DNA of 64,000 bases from the IMG/VR virus record IMGVR_UViG_3300010350_000237, positions 1,052-65,051 of that record; one strand, given 5' to 3'. A program made the translations under genes and the position numbers. Source of the DNA: a virus. The stretch's first letter is position 1. Each line of letters opens with the position of its first letter. Shown here in pieces: positions 1-9,543 of the stretch. The notes beneath the pieces are model-generated. The model saw only the letters and a list, made by a program, of their open reading frames with translations, had not been told where the DNA came from and made no database searches.

Positions 1-840
1 CGAACTCCAGACGCTGGCGAACACTTCGGACGCGACCAGTCATACAGTCACGCTTTCAAACTCTGGCGGTTCCGTACAACTGGTCGAAGGTTCAAACGTA
101 ACCCTAACGACGACCGGTACCGGTTCCGACGGAATCGTTACGATCGCGGCAGCCAGCGCCCCAGGTACCGATCTTTCGTTTACTGGCGCGTCTTCGCCGG
201 TTACCCTGAATAGTTCGACCGGAACCGACGTAACCTTTACCGAAGGGGGAATCGTTACAATAACGGCAACTTCTTCGAACGTTACGATCAGCGCGACCGA
301 AGTCGATGGTTCGGTTACGAATGAACTCCAGACGCTGGCGAACACTTCGGACGCGACCAGTCATACGGTCACGCTTTCAAATTCGGGCGGGTCTGTTCAA
401 CTGGTCGAAGGGTCGAACGTAACCCTAACGACGACGGGTACCGGTTCCGACGGAATCGTTACGATCGCGTCGATCGAAGTCGATGGTTCGATTACGAACG
501 AAGGAATCCTGGGCGTCGGCGCTGGAGGGGCAACGTCGTCGACCCTGACGACAAACACGTCGACCGGTAACGACGTAACTATTAACGTCGCCGGTATTTT
601 ATCGATCAGCGAATCGACGTCTTCGAACGGCGGGTCGATAACGATTACCGGTACCGAAGTCGATGGTTCAGTAACGAACGAACTCCAGACGCTGGCGAAC
701 ACGTCGAACGCGACCAGTCATACCGTAACCCTGTCGAACTCCGGCGGGTCTGTCCAACTGGTCGAAGGTTCAAACATAACCCTTACGACGACCGGTACCG
801 GTTCCGATGGTATCGTTACGATCGCGTCGACGTCTGGAGG
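1..840 (+). repeat. In-frame 50-60 aa repeat modules (A,B,A,C,A) with EVDGS(V/I)TNE hinges
   Basis: Same modules as 57627-60800. Confidence 0.95.
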
Positions 841-1897
841 GATAACGGCAGCCGATAACGGTCTTACCCTGTCGGGAAGTACCGTAAAACTGGGCGGAGC
901 GTTGAACCAGTCGGGAACGTCGATCGAACAACCGACGAACGACGTTTTTCGATGGTATGGGGCCGGTAAATGGTCGGTTTCGTCCTGGACTGGGTTCGGT
1001 ATTGACCCGCGAAATTCGAAGGCCGGTATTTCTGGCCTGGAGGGTTCCCCGACGACCAATACGTCCCCGACGATCGACGCGATTCTGGAACTTAACCCGA
1101 ATAACAGTTCGGGAACGATTCAATCGAACAGCCTGGCTTTTGGAGGTTACGCGACGGACGCGGACGGATTTTGGATTCAATCCCGAAGCGGTTCGAACCC
1201 TTCTTTCGAATACCCGCTTTCCCTCCAGCCCAGGGGCGGACAGCTGTCGGTCGGTCGATTAACGAACCTTTCTTCCCTGGTAACCTTTACCGGTATCGGT
1301 CTTACTGGGTCAACTGCCGCCGGTTCTGTCCTTTTACTGGAGAACTCCGAAGGTAACGGTAAGACTTCCTTAATTATGGGAAGCGGGTCGAACAACGTAA
1401 CCGGCGAACTGGCTATGTTTCACGCGACGGACGCGTTACGACTGACGAACAGGAACGGAACGAACGGAACTTCTTCGATACGGTTCGCCGTGGGCGGTGA
1501 AACTTCCGACGTCGCGACGATACAAAAAAGTTCGGCGACGACGCTGGCCCGTATGGGCGTCGGTACAACTTCGCCCGGGTCGACGCTTCAAAGTGCCGGT
1601 TCTTTTGGTACTGGGTTCCTGGAAACTGTCGGGGCGCCGACCTTCGACGAAACGAAACGAACGGTTATTTATACGGCGTCGACGAACATTACCTGGACGT
1701 TACCGACGGCCGCGTCGTGTAACTGTCAGGGTCGCGAACTTATACTTCATCACGCCGGAACCGCCGGAACGATTACCCTTTCGCAATCTGTTACGAAAGG
1801 GAATTCGGGAAACTTTAACACGCTGTCGGCCGGAGAATGGGCGTATATCATTTACGGCGCGTCTTCGATACGCGGTTACAAACTAACTTCGAACTAA
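2..1897 (+). CDS. C-terminal part of a repeat-built fibre/adhesin-like protein (5'-truncated; probably continues the gene starting at 63126)
   Basis: Frame 2 is open from base 2 (ELQTLANTSDATSH...) and in frame with track ORF 902..1897; modules A-B-A-C-A, then a GVGTTSP segment and a C-terminal beta-rich domain. Confidence 0.85.
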   Translation, partial: ELQTLANTSDATSHTVTLSNSGGSVQLVEGSNVTLTTTGTGSDGIVTIAAASAPGTDLSFTGASSPVTLNSSTGTDVTFTEGGIVTITATSSNVTISATEVDGSVTNELQTLANTSDATSHTVTLSNSGGSVQLVEGSNVTLTTTGTGSDGIVTIASIEVDGSITNEGILGVGAGGATSSTLTTNTSTGNDVTINVAGILSISESTSSNGGSITITGTEVDGSVTNELQTLANTSNATSHTVTLSNSGGSVQLVEGSNITLTTTGTGSDGIVTIASTSGGITAADNGLTLSGSTVKLGGALNQSGTSIEQPTNDVFRWYGAGKWSVSSWTGFGIDPRNSKAGISGLEGSPTTNTSPTIDAILELNPNNSSGTIQSNSLAFGGYATDADGFWIQSRSGSNPSFEYPLSLQPRGGQLSVGRLTNLSSLVTFTGIGLTGSTAAGSVLLLENSEGNGKTSLIMGSGSNNVTGELAMFHATDALRLTNRNGTNGTSSIRFAVGGETSDVATIQKSSATTLARMGVGTTSPGSTLQSAGSFGTGFLETVGAPTFDETKRTVIYTASTNITWTLPTAASCNCQGRELILHHAGTAGTITLSQSVTKGNSGNFNTLSAGEWAYIIYGASSIRGYKLTSN

Positions 1898-2469
1898 TGA
1901 AACTTTTAACGACGTTCTTACTTCTTTTCCCTGTTCTGCAGGGGTTCGCCCAGGACACTAAAACGATCGAATTTTCTTTCGATACGCTCCGAATCGATAG
2001 TTTCTTTTTAGTAGAAACGACGACTTACCAGGCCCAGGACGCCAAACGTCCGACGACTTATTCGACGCCGTTTTTCTTTTCAGATACGACGGCGCTTAAT
2101 ACTTATATCGAAGCGAAAAAACAGCGACTGGTCGACCTGGAGGCGGCAAAAAACCAGATCGCGACCGAATATACCGAAGTTACCGATCAGGTTTCCGACC
2201 TGGAGGCTTTACGCGATTCAGTATTCCGGGGCGTAACCGGTTCCTTTATTCGACAAATACAACCGGCACAAAATTTGAACCAGTCGAAGTTTTCGAAACC
2301 AAGCCCGACTTCGGAATCCGTTTCCTGGCTGATTTACGAAGACCCGAAAGGTTCTGCGTTTGGCGTTTGGTTTGTTCCTTATAAACCTGATCTTCCAATA
2401 AAGAACGACGGGTTCCTTTTAAAGCCCGACGGAACCTTCGAAAAGGTTCGAAGGAAGCGGGGTAATTAG
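1897..2469 (+). CDS. Signal-peptide protein with a central coiled coil
   Basis: ATG overlaps upstream TAA; MKLLTTFLLLFPVLQGFA|QD. Confidence 0.75.
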   Translation: MKLLTTFLLLFPVLQGFAQDTKTIEFSFDTLRIDSFFLVETTTYQAQDAKRPTTYSTPFFFSDTTALNTYIEAKKQRLVDLEAAKNQIATEYTEVTDQVSDLEALRDSVFRGVTGSFIRQIQPAQNLNQSKFSKPSPTSESVSWLIYEDPKGSAFGVWFVPYKPDLPIKNDGFLLKPDGTFEKVRRKRGN

Positions 2470-2494
2470 TTATTCACCTTTTTAAAACGTACTT

Positions 2495-2974
2495 ATGGCA
2501 ACGCAAAAGAAAAATTTCACTGCCACGAACCCGAACTTTATCGCCCGAATTATCATCTTCCTGTTATCAGTCGGCGCGCTGGTCGGGGTTCAGTTTCCCA
2601 GTTCACCCGAAGCGATCGCCGATAATATCGTTACGACGGTATCGGCCGGCGGACTTGTCGCGGTCGCTGGCATTTTGCTGGTTTCGGTAGTAATGCCGAT
2701 TTACAACCTGGTAAGGACGAAGCCGAAGATTACGATATCGACGATCGTCGGAAGCCCTAACTTTTGGATTTACTTCGGTTCTTTCGTCCTGGGCTCGCTG
2801 GTCATTTGGGGAATAAACGTACCGGACGGGACAGCTGCGGAAATCGTCGGCGCGATCTGGGCGAAGGACTGGTCGGCACTTACGACCCTGGCCTTTACCA
2901 ATATTATCGACCCGGTAATTCGCTGGTTTCTTGACAGGAAAAACGTTCGCGAAGCCGCTTTCCTGGAGAACTAA
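2495..2974 (+). CDS. Putative holin (about 4 TM helices, internally duplicated)
   Basis: Hydrophobic segments; directly upstream of the endolysin. Confidence 0.65.
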   Translation: MATQKKNFTATNPNFIARIIIFLLSVGALVGVQFPSSPEAIADNIVTTVSAGGLVAVAGILLVSVVMPIYNLVRTKPKITISTIVGSPNFWIYFGSFVLGSLVIWGINVPDGTAAEIVGAIWAKDWSALTTLAFTNIIDPVIRWFLDRKNVREAAFLEN

Positions 2975-3044
2975 AAAATCCAGGAAATCGGTTTTTGGAA
3001 TGGGACGGCCTTCGGTGTAAAACTGCGGGCCGTTCGCTTAATTT

Positions 3045-3623
3045 GTGAAAATGTACTTCGAAAAAGTAAACGATCAGTTCCTGGAAGCCATGGGCAAAGC
3101 CCTGGGCCGAAAACTTAACCAGGTACAAAAAGACAGCGTCGTCGCCATATTACAGGCGATCGACGAATTCGGTATCGAAGACCCGAATCGGGTCGCGTAT
3201 ATCCTGGGAACGTGCTGGCACGAAAGCCGGTTTTCCCCGATCGAAGAAATTCGCGCCCGTCCTGGAACAAAGATCGCCCAGTTTCAAAACCGTTACTGGC
3301 CGTCTGGGTACTTCGGTCGTGGTTTCGTACAATTAACTTGGCGGAGGAATTACGCGAAGTTTTCGAAGATACTGGACGTCGACCTGGTCGGTTCTCCAGA
3401 ACTGGCGCTGGACGTCCAGATCGCGGCGAAGATTCTGGTTCAGGGTATGACCCAGGGACTATTTACGGGCGTCGGACTGGACAAATATTTCGCCCCAGGG
3501 CAGCCCCCGAAATGGTTCAGCGCCCGAAGGATAGTAAACGGAACGTTCCACGCCGACAGGGTCGCGAAGGCAGCGATTAAAATTCTGGCGGTTTTACTTG
3601 TAAATCAGGACGAACCGTCTTAA
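3045..3623 (+). CDS. Endolysin, glycoside hydrolase family 19-like
   Basis: AYILGTCWHES, YFGRGFVQLTW..NY and ARRIVNG motifs; GTG start. Confidence 0.9.
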   Translation: MKMYFEKVNDQFLEAMGKALGRKLNQVQKDSVVAILQAIDEFGIEDPNRVAYILGTCWHESRFSPIEEIRARPGTKIAQFQNRYWPSGYFGRGFVQLTWRRNYAKFSKILDVDLVGSPELALDVQIAAKILVQGMTQGLFTGVGLDKYFAPGQPPKWFSARRIVNGTFHADRVAKAAIKILAVLLVNQDEPS

Positions 3624-3695
3624 ATTGTCATTCGAAAAAGTTACAAAGGAACCTAAACTTTAACCTTTACGGCTTTTCATGGGATTATAACGGGG

Positions 3696-3728
3696 AACGC
3701 CTGGTCGAAAACGTCGCGACCGGGCGTT
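3696..3728 (+). terminator. Hairpin closing the late/lysis operon
   Basis: AACGCCTGGTCG / CGACCGGGCGTT stem, but no clear U tract. Confidence 0.4.
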
Positions 3729-3760
3729 CGACGTTATAAAAAGATCGGCGAAATACGCGT

Positions 3761-3829
3761 TAAAAGTTGGGCGTTATAAAAATAAAATTTATCTTTGTAA
3801 GGTCAAACGATAACAGTTAAACAAACGAT
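3761..3829 (+). promoter_or_regulatory. Early promoter + conserved leader, copy 1
   Basis: GTTG(3766)-N20-TATCTTTG(3790), followed by TAAGGTCAAACGATAACAGTTAAACAAACGAT. Confidence 0.85.
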
Positions 3830-3837
3830 CTTAAATT

Positions 3838-4131
3838 ATGAAATTCACTTTCCAGACGACGTTCGAAGACCTTAACGAAGAAACTTACGACGTCGAAGTA
3901 ACCGGTACCTTTATTCGCGGTCGTATGGGAACCCGAACCGGATTCGATCGATTCCCAGAACCAGACGAACCGGACGAATTCGAAATCGAATCGATAACGG
4001 AAGTCGGGACAGGACGCGAATTCGACGAAGACGATAACCCGAACGAATTCTTACGGATAGTCGACCAGGGTATCGAACAGGGTTCCGAAAAGTTTTACGA
4101 AGGTCTGGAGGAACCAGAATACGAATTTTAA
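3838..4131 (+). CDS. Small, very acidic early protein
   Basis: 97 aa; about 29 D/E versus 8 K/R by hand count. Confidence 0.75.
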   Translation: MKFTFQTTFEDLNEETYDVEVTGTFIRGRMGTRTGFDRFPEPDEPDEFEIESITEVGTGREFDEDDNPNEFLRIVDQGIEQGSEKFYEGLEEPEYEF

Positions 4132-4153
4132 AATATCCGGTTACGCTTCATTC

Positions 4154-4185
4154 GGCCCAGGGTTCGCGCTCTGGGTCTTTTTTTT
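4154..4185 (+). terminator. Intrinsic terminator
   Basis: GGCCCAG...CTGGGTC stem followed by T8. Confidence 0.8.
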
Positions 4186-4187
4186 AT

Positions 4188-4256
4188 TAAAGTTTGGGCG
4201 TTATAAAAATTACCTTTAAATTTGTAACGTCAAACGATAACAGTTAAACAAACGAT
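4188..4256 (+). promoter_or_regulatory. Early promoter + conserved leader, copy 2
   Basis: TTTG-N20-TAAATTTG(4217), then TAACGTCAAACGATAACAGTTAAACAAACGAT. Confidence 0.9.
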
Positions 4257-4262
4257 TCACTT

Positions 4263-5261
4263 ATGAAATTAAAAGTTTTCAAAACCGCCCGTCCGAATAC
4301 GACATACTTACAAGGTATCGGACACGTCGAAGGAACTCCGGCTGGAAGTCTGAAAGTCGGTAATACCCTTATCTGGAATAACGGCGCTTATTCGACCGTC
4401 GTCGAAATCGTAAAGGAAACCCCGAAGACGATTACGATTCTGGAGGAATACCCCGACAGCATTTCGACGACAGGTACTTCGACCTTCGAACGTAAACTAT
4501 TAAAGAAGCGTATCGTCGCACGTCCAGCGATCGAACTTCCTGGTAAGAATACAGACGTCGAAGTTCCAATGTCTTACGCCCTCACTTCGTCCCAGGCTGA
4601 CGATCAGGTTCCCAGCGAAGGTTCTGGTACCGATCAGCGCGACGGCGTCGTTCTGGTAACGTCTGGGCCTGACGTCGACCAGGTTACCGAACTGTTCGAT
4701 AACCCAGATCGCGACAAGCTGTTAAACGGTACCTGGGAAGTAACCGAAGAAACGGAATTCGACCGACTGGCTGCCTTAAATTTCCCAGACGAACCAAAAC
4801 CGGACGACCCGGAATATTACCCGAACCAGGTTACGTTCGATCGCGTCTTAAACCTTTACCCAGGATTTAAAGTCGTCGGCGTCGAAGAATTTTATACCCC
4901 GGCGACCGGCTGGGTAAACCCGAAGAATATTATCGGAGAACACGCGCTGGAACACTGGAAACCGGAAGAACTGGTTCAATACCTGGCAGACAGTTTTAAA
5001 GACTGCGAAAACCCGACGTTCTGTCTTCTTATCGAATCGAACGACGGGAAACGGTTAAAAAATCCTGATTACAAACTTTCCGAATTACTGGTCGGACTGG
5101 AAGTCGACGATCGGGTTCTTTACGAATCCAGACCAGGACGTCAGGAAGAAGGAATCGTTTCGTCGATCAAAGTTAAGAACGGTACGGCGAAGGTCTGGGT
5201 TCGTTATTCGACCGGAAGTACCGGCGCGCTTACTCCTTTGGTTAAATTATCAAAAGCCTGA
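4263..5261 (+). CDS. Hypothetical multidomain early protein (SH3-like N- and C-terminal segments)
   Basis: Long ORF following a promoter; acidic linker. Confidence 0.75.
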   Translation: MKLKVFKTARPNTTYLQGIGHVEGTPAGSLKVGNTLIWNNGAYSTVVEIVKETPKTITILEEYPDSISTTGTSTFERKLLKKRIVARPAIELPGKNTDVEVPMSYALTSSQADDQVPSEGSGTDQRDGVVLVTSGPDVDQVTELFDNPDRDKLLNGTWEVTEETEFDRLAALNFPDEPKPDDPEYYPNQVTFDRVLNLYPGFKVVGVEEFYTPATGWVNPKNIIGEHALEHWKPEELVQYLADSFKDCENPTFCLLIESNDGKRLKNPDYKLSELLVGLEVDDRVLYESRPGRQEEGIVSSIKVKNGTAKVWVRYSTGSTGALTPLVKLSKA

Positions 5262-5263
5262 AC

Positions 5264-5656
5264 ATGAAAGAAGCGACCGAAATTAAAAACGAACTTACCG
5301 TTTACCACGACGGCGCGTATGGCTATTCCTCCAGGGAAAACGGTCGGTCGACCTGTTACGTCGACTGTCCGTTCTGTAAAGCGACCGTTACCTGTTACGT
5401 CTGGTCTTTGGCAGGGTGCGGGAAAAAATGTCCGACGTGTAACGCATTACTGACGACGTCGACAGCGACGAAGCGTTATAAGATAAAGGAAAGTAAAAAA
5501 TTCAAAGGGAAGTTATCCTGTCCGTCGTCCTGCGGGCCGTCGGATTATTGCCCGGGCGGAAAATGCGATCGACGCGGCTGTTATGAATACGACCCGTCGA
5601 AGTTCAACGTCGTAAAGGCCCGTCTTTCTGTTACTGTCAAAACTAAAAACGGTTAA
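5264..5656 (+). CDS. Cys-rich zinc-ribbon protein
   Basis: CPFC...CGKKCPTC and a second Cys cluster. Confidence 0.7.
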   Translation: MKEATEIKNELTVYHDGAYGYSSRENGRSTCYVDCPFCKATVTCYVWSLAGCGKKCPTCNALLTTSTATKRYKIKESKKFKGKLSCPSSCGPSDYCPGGKCDRRGCYEYDPSKFNVVKARLSVTVKTKNG

Positions 5657-5658
5657 TT

Positions 5659-5937
5659 ATGGCTTGTATCGATTGTAAGTTTTACGTTCCCTCCAGTACC
5701 AGACCAGTCGTCGAACAGGGCGTCGGGTTCCTGTCGTTCAGTTCCGAACCCGTTCCGAAACATTGTTCGAAAGGGTTCGACGATATCTTCGCCCTTTGGT
5801 GGAAAAATAACGGAATGAAACCTGGAGCCGAAGCCAGACTGGACGTTCCCGAATGTTTCGAACAGACAGCGATCGCGGACGTCTTCGACAGCCTTTTTAC
5901 GAATATCGATCGGATAACGAAACTTTTGGAAAGTTGA
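5659..5937 (+). CDS. Hypothetical protein with N-terminal CxxC
   Basis: MACIDCKFY; coupled to the upstream ORF. Confidence 0.65.
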   Translation: MACIDCKFYVPSSTRPVVEQGVGFLSFSSEPVPKHCSKGFDDIFALWWKNNGMKPGAEARLDVPECFEQTAIADVFDSLFTNIDRITKLLES

Positions 5938-5988
5938 AAAAAACCGGATAAATTGCAGCTGTTTTCATTTGGTTTTTGGGGGTTTATG

Positions 5989-6022
5989 ACCCGTTCGACG
6001 AAACTGTCGGGCGGGTTTTTTT
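5989..6022 (+). terminator. Intrinsic terminator
   Basis: ACCCGTTCGAC / GTCGGGCGGGT stem followed by a T run. Confidence 0.8.
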
Positions 6023-6042
6023 ATGCGTTATAAAAATAATCG

Positions 6043-6108
6043 TTTTAAAGTTTGGGCGTTACAAAAATACCCTTTAAATTTGTAACCTCAAACGGTTAAT
6101 AAAACGAT
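6043..6108 (+). promoter_or_regulatory. Early promoter + shortened leader, copy 3
   Basis: TTTG-N20-TAAATTTG(6075), then TAACCTCAAACGGTTAATAAAACGAT. Confidence 0.85.
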
Positions 6109-6114
6109 TTAAAA

Positions 6115-6465
6115 ATGAAAAATTCCTTCGCTTGTACGCTCGCAACCCAGATTTACCGTCAGTCTAAAAAGTCCGATAACCCGATTACCTGGGCGGACGC
6201 TATGTCCTGGGCTTGGCTGATCGTCAATAAAACCGAACAGGTTCTTACCCTGGTAACATTCACGAAAGTAAAAGACGGTTCGATCTGTCGTCGCGTTGTT
6301 TCCGAAAGCATATCGACCTATTATACCCCGAAAGGAACGGGTCGCCCGCTGAAAGAAAACCAGGTTCTGTTCGTCGACCTGGGTAAATATGTCGTCGACG
6401 GTAAGTCTTTCTTAATTTCAACTTATACCGACAAAATCGTAAGCCGGGTAAATCTGGCAGCGTAA
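6115..6465 (+). CDS. SH3-fold / WYL_2 (DUF2693)-like protein
   Basis: AMSWAW...VTFTKVKDGSICRR...GTGRPLKENQVLFVDL resembles the Bacteroidota phage WYL_2 pattern. Confidence 0.5.
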   Translation: MKNSFACTLATQIYRQSKKSDNPITWADAMSWAWLIVNKTEQVLTLVTFTKVKDGSICRRVVSESISTYYTPKGTGRPLKENQVLFVDLGKYVVDGKSFLISTYTDKIVSRVNLAA

Positions 6466-6534
6466 AGAATAAACGGGGTCGATCGTCCTGGTCGACCCTT
6501 CCCTTTCACTTTTTTTAAACGTCAAAATTTAATT

Positions 6535-6810
6535 ATGGCATTTGATTTTTTTAAAAAAACGGCGAATATCGTTCGCGTCGATCAGGAAGATAACGTCGAA
6601 GTTTCTCCAGACTTCCCGTCTGTTCAGAAAGCAAATCACGCGCTGGGCGCTCACCTTGCCGGGAACGGGTCGATCGTACTTAACCAGGACGTAAACGAAC
6701 ACGACGGACGGGTCGTAACAGCGATCGAAAAGTCGGCCTTCGGTTCGCGTACCTGGTTCGAAATCGGTTACGAAGTCCTTCCGTCCGACATTATCCAAAA
6801 CGGGGAATAA
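6535..6810 (+). CDS. Hypothetical protein
   Basis: ORF with A-rich leader. Confidence 0.65.
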   Translation: MAFDFFKKTANIVRVDQEDNVEVSPDFPSVQKANHALGAHLAGNGSIVLNQDVNEHDGRVVTAIEKSAFGSRTWFEIGYEVLPSDIIQNGE

Positions 6811-6868
6811 ACAAAATCTTCAAACCTGGGACGACCGACGCGTTCGGTCGTCCCTCAAATTTTAAAAC

Positions 6869-7096
6869 GTGAATAATCAAAGAAGAAAGAAAATAGCGAA
6901 ACTTATCGAACGTCTGGAAGACATTATTTCCGAACTGGAGGAACTGAAAGAAGAAGAACAGGAATCCTTCGACAACCTTCCAGAATCGATTCAGGAATCC
7001 GAACGCGGCGAATCAATGGAAACCGCGATTCAGGAACTGGAAGAAGCCCTGGATAACACGCAAAACGCTGTCGATAACCTTCAAAATATAGAATAA
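6869..7096 (+). CDS. Conserved acidic coiled-coil phage protein
   Basis: MNNQRRK...EEQESFDNLPESIQESERGE pattern. Confidence 0.75.
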   Translation: MNNQRRKKIAKLIERLEDIISELEELKEEEQESFDNLPESIQESERGESMETAIQELEEALDNTQNAVDNLQNIE

Positions 7097-7680
7097 TGAA
7101 CCAGGTACTTAATTCAGATAATACGACGATCATTCAAAAACGCGAAGACGGGTATTACGTCGAACGCTGCGGTATCGGTAAATTCTTCCCGATCAGCGAA
7201 CGCGTCGACTGGAAAACCTGTCGCGATCTGGCCGACGCTTTTGCTGCACGTCTGGAAGTCTTTACGTCGGTATCGATGAGCCTTTCGGAATGGAAGATTA
7301 CGTTCTGGGCTCTGAAACAGATCGTCGATAAGGTCGAAAAAGACTTCCCTTACGAAGGGGTCGAAGGATTCGCCGAAGGCGACTTTACTTACTTCGCCGA
7401 TCTTTCGAACCAGACGATCGGCGTCCAGTTCGGCGCCCTTATCGTTTACCTTTCGAACAGTAAATCGGAGGCGGGAAAATTCCAGTATATCGTCGAAATA
7501 ATTACCGGGTACCTTCCGAAGAAAACGACGGTCGTCTGTTCTGGAGTATCAGCCGAAACGGTCGTCGCGATCGTCAGAAATTCGCCCCGTTCCCAGTCAT
7601 ATAAAGAACCCTTTTTTAAACAGCTGTTCTTTTCTCCGGCGAATATGGATTTTTTTAATTCTGTCCGCCTGACTGATTAA
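7096..7680 (+). CDS. Hypothetical protein
   Basis: TAATG-coupled ORF. Confidence 0.7.
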   Translation: MNQVLNSDNTTIIQKREDGYYVERCGIGKFFPISERVDWKTCRDLADAFAARLEVFTSVSMSLSEWKITFWALKQIVDKVEKDFPYEGVEGFAEGDFTYFADLSNQTIGVQFGALIVYLSNSKSEAGKFQYIVEIITGYLPKKTTVVCSGVSAETVVAIVRNSPRSQSYKEPFFKQLFFSPANMDFFNSVRLTD

Positions 7681-7700
7681 AATAACGTTATATTTGCAAC

Positions 7701-8021
7701 GTGAACGGGAACTTCGATATCAGAAAGAAAGAAGATCGTAACCTGGTCGCCAAACTTCGAAATACGGTTTCAGACTTGAATTTTTACTGTTACCGGTTCC
7801 TGGTTCGCGCCGGTTACGAATCTTCGCCCAGGACGGGAATAAAGGACGGCGAAAATTTGATCGCGAAGGGCGACAGGGTTCCGCCCCAGGTATGCGAAAT
7901 AATCCTTAGGTATTACATAATTCTGGAGTATTCAGAACCCCGAAACGCGAACGACTTTTTTTACGAAACCTGGATTTACTTACACGAATACGATAAAATT
8001 CTTAACGATGCAATTTTCTAA
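7701..8021 (+). CDS. Hypothetical protein
   Basis: GTG-start ORF filling the gap. Confidence 0.6.
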   Translation: MNGNFDIRKKEDRNLVAKLRNTVSDLNFYCYRFLVRAGYESSPRTGIKDGENLIAKGDRVPPQVCEIILRYYIILEYSEPRNANDFFYETWIYLHEYDKILNDAIF

Positions 8022-8460
8022 AAATCAAAAGTTAATCGACCCGGCGGAATCGACCCGTCGGCAGCACGCAATACCGGAAGACGTACACAAATTCGCGCTT
8101 ACGGCACAGATCGAATTTAAGGGCGATCGCGGTCGCGGTCGGGGTAACGTTCCGACCTTACCAGACATTTATTACGCGCTTACGAAAGAAGGGTTCCAGT
8201 TACTGGCGGACGGTCGGATTAAAGACCCGAAGTTCGTCGAAGTCGGTCGTCCTGACGGCTGCGTTTTCGCCCAGATCGTCTTCGAAGAAACCTTCGATAA
8301 ACAACTTCGCGAACTCAAAGAAGCGGCCGAAGACGGGGTTTTCCCGATTGAACCTTACAAAGAAATCAGTCTTATTTCGCTGGCGGTTAACCTTATTCGG
8401 TACGCTATCGACGCCCGCGAAAACCCGAAAAAATACCCGAAGAAACGGTCGAAAAAGTAA
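8008..8460 (+). CDS. Hypothetical protein
   Basis: Overlapping co-oriented ORF. Confidence 0.65.
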   Translation: MQFSKNQKLIDPAESTRRQHAIPEDVHKFALTAQIEFKGDRGRGRGNVPTLPDIYYALTKEGFQLLADGRIKDPKFVEVGRPDGCVFAQIVFEETFDKQLRELKEAAEDGVFPIEPYKEISLISLAVNLIRYAIDARENPKKYPKKRSKK

Positions 8461-8511
8461 CTTCGACCTTCCGTTATATTCCTTCAATTTCTTAACTTTA
8501 AAACGTCAATT

Positions 8512-9543
8512 ATGGCAGAACAGTTAAAAACGATTCAGACAGTCGAACCGCAAATCGAAGCCCTTTCGCCGTTATACCTGGACGATCAGTTCGGGAAGAA
8601 CGTCGAACGTATCGCTTCGCAAAAGGTCTTTCGGGTTAATATCGGCGCTGGCCGACATTACCGGAACGAAGCGGGCGAAACCTTCAAAAGTATAACGACC
8701 TTCCTTTCCCAGACAATGCCGCCGAATAAGTTCCTTAATACCTGGAGGGAAAACAAAATCGAAGAACTGGGTTCGGTCGACGCGGCTTACGAATTTGTTC
8801 AATCGACGGCCGATTACGGTACCGGGTTACATATTGCCGTCGCTGACTTTTGTCGGAACGGGTTCGTCGACTGGGTCGAATTTGAAACCTTCGTTTACGA
8901 ATACCTTATGTCGGTAGGGTTCACAAATTCGACCCTTCATTCGGCGGCGCGTGAACTGGTAAACGACTTCGCTTCGATGCTGGCTTTTGTTCACCAATAC
9001 GAAGTTAAAATCCTGGCGGTCGAAATTCCGGTTTTCAGTTCTGACGGATTCGCGACCCTGGTCGACCTGGTCGTCGAAATGAACGCTTTAAATTACACCG
9101 ACAAAACACCGGCGGACAAAAGACAGCGAATCCGGGCGATCGTAAACCTTAAATCTGGGAAGAAGGGGTTCTTCGAAAGTCACGTCTTCCAGCTTATCGG
9201 AGAACGTCGGGCGTTTAACGAAACCTATTCCCAGACCTGCGGTTTCCAGATCGAAGAAGTCTTTAACCTTGCCCCGTCGGACTGGAGGAAAGAACCGACT
9301 TTTAAACTGGCGCGACAAACGAAGCCGATCGTCGAACGGGGCCTGGACGAAGAATTTGATCTTTACGTTCAGGTCGGGAAGAAAAAAGGAATCCTGGGTC
9401 GTCCGACGAAACAGTTCCCTTTATTTACTGGAGTAACGAAGTTCGGAGGGAACCCGACCGAACAGCTTCAAATTTTGGATTACGAACAGTACGCCGTTAT
9501 TCGTCTGGGCGCCCTTGCCGGTAAGGACGAAGACGCGGAATAA
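8512..9543 (+). CDS. PD-(D/E)xK exonuclease-like recombination protein (variant active site)
   Basis: SITTFL..GTGLH..VEIPV..ATLVDL..IVNLKSG..QL motif order. Confidence 0.7.
   Translation: MAEQLKTIQTVEPQIEALSPLYLDDQFGKNVERIASQKVFRVNIGAGRHYRNEAGETFKSITTFLSQTMPPNKFLNTWRENKIEELGSVDAAYEFVQSTADYGTGLHIAVADFCRNGFVDWVEFETFVYEYLMSVGFTNSTLHSAARELVNDFASMLAFVHQYEVKILAVEIPVFSSDGFATLVDLVVEMNALNYTDKTPADKRQRIRAIVNLKSGKKGFFESHVFQLIGERRAFNETYSQTCGFQIEEVFNLAPSDWRKEPTFKLARQTKPIVERGLDEEFDLYVQVGKKKGILGRPTKQFPLFTGVTKFGGNPTEQLQILDYEQYAVIRLGALAGKDEDAE

Noticed and set aside
40-1059. Minus-strand ORFs over the repeat region (also 57554-60664)
   Set aside because: Antisense shadows of stop-poor + strand repeats; no coding signals of their own
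1897-2469. Spanin
   Set aside because: Cleavable-type signal, no lipobox or retained anchor, and no partner seen
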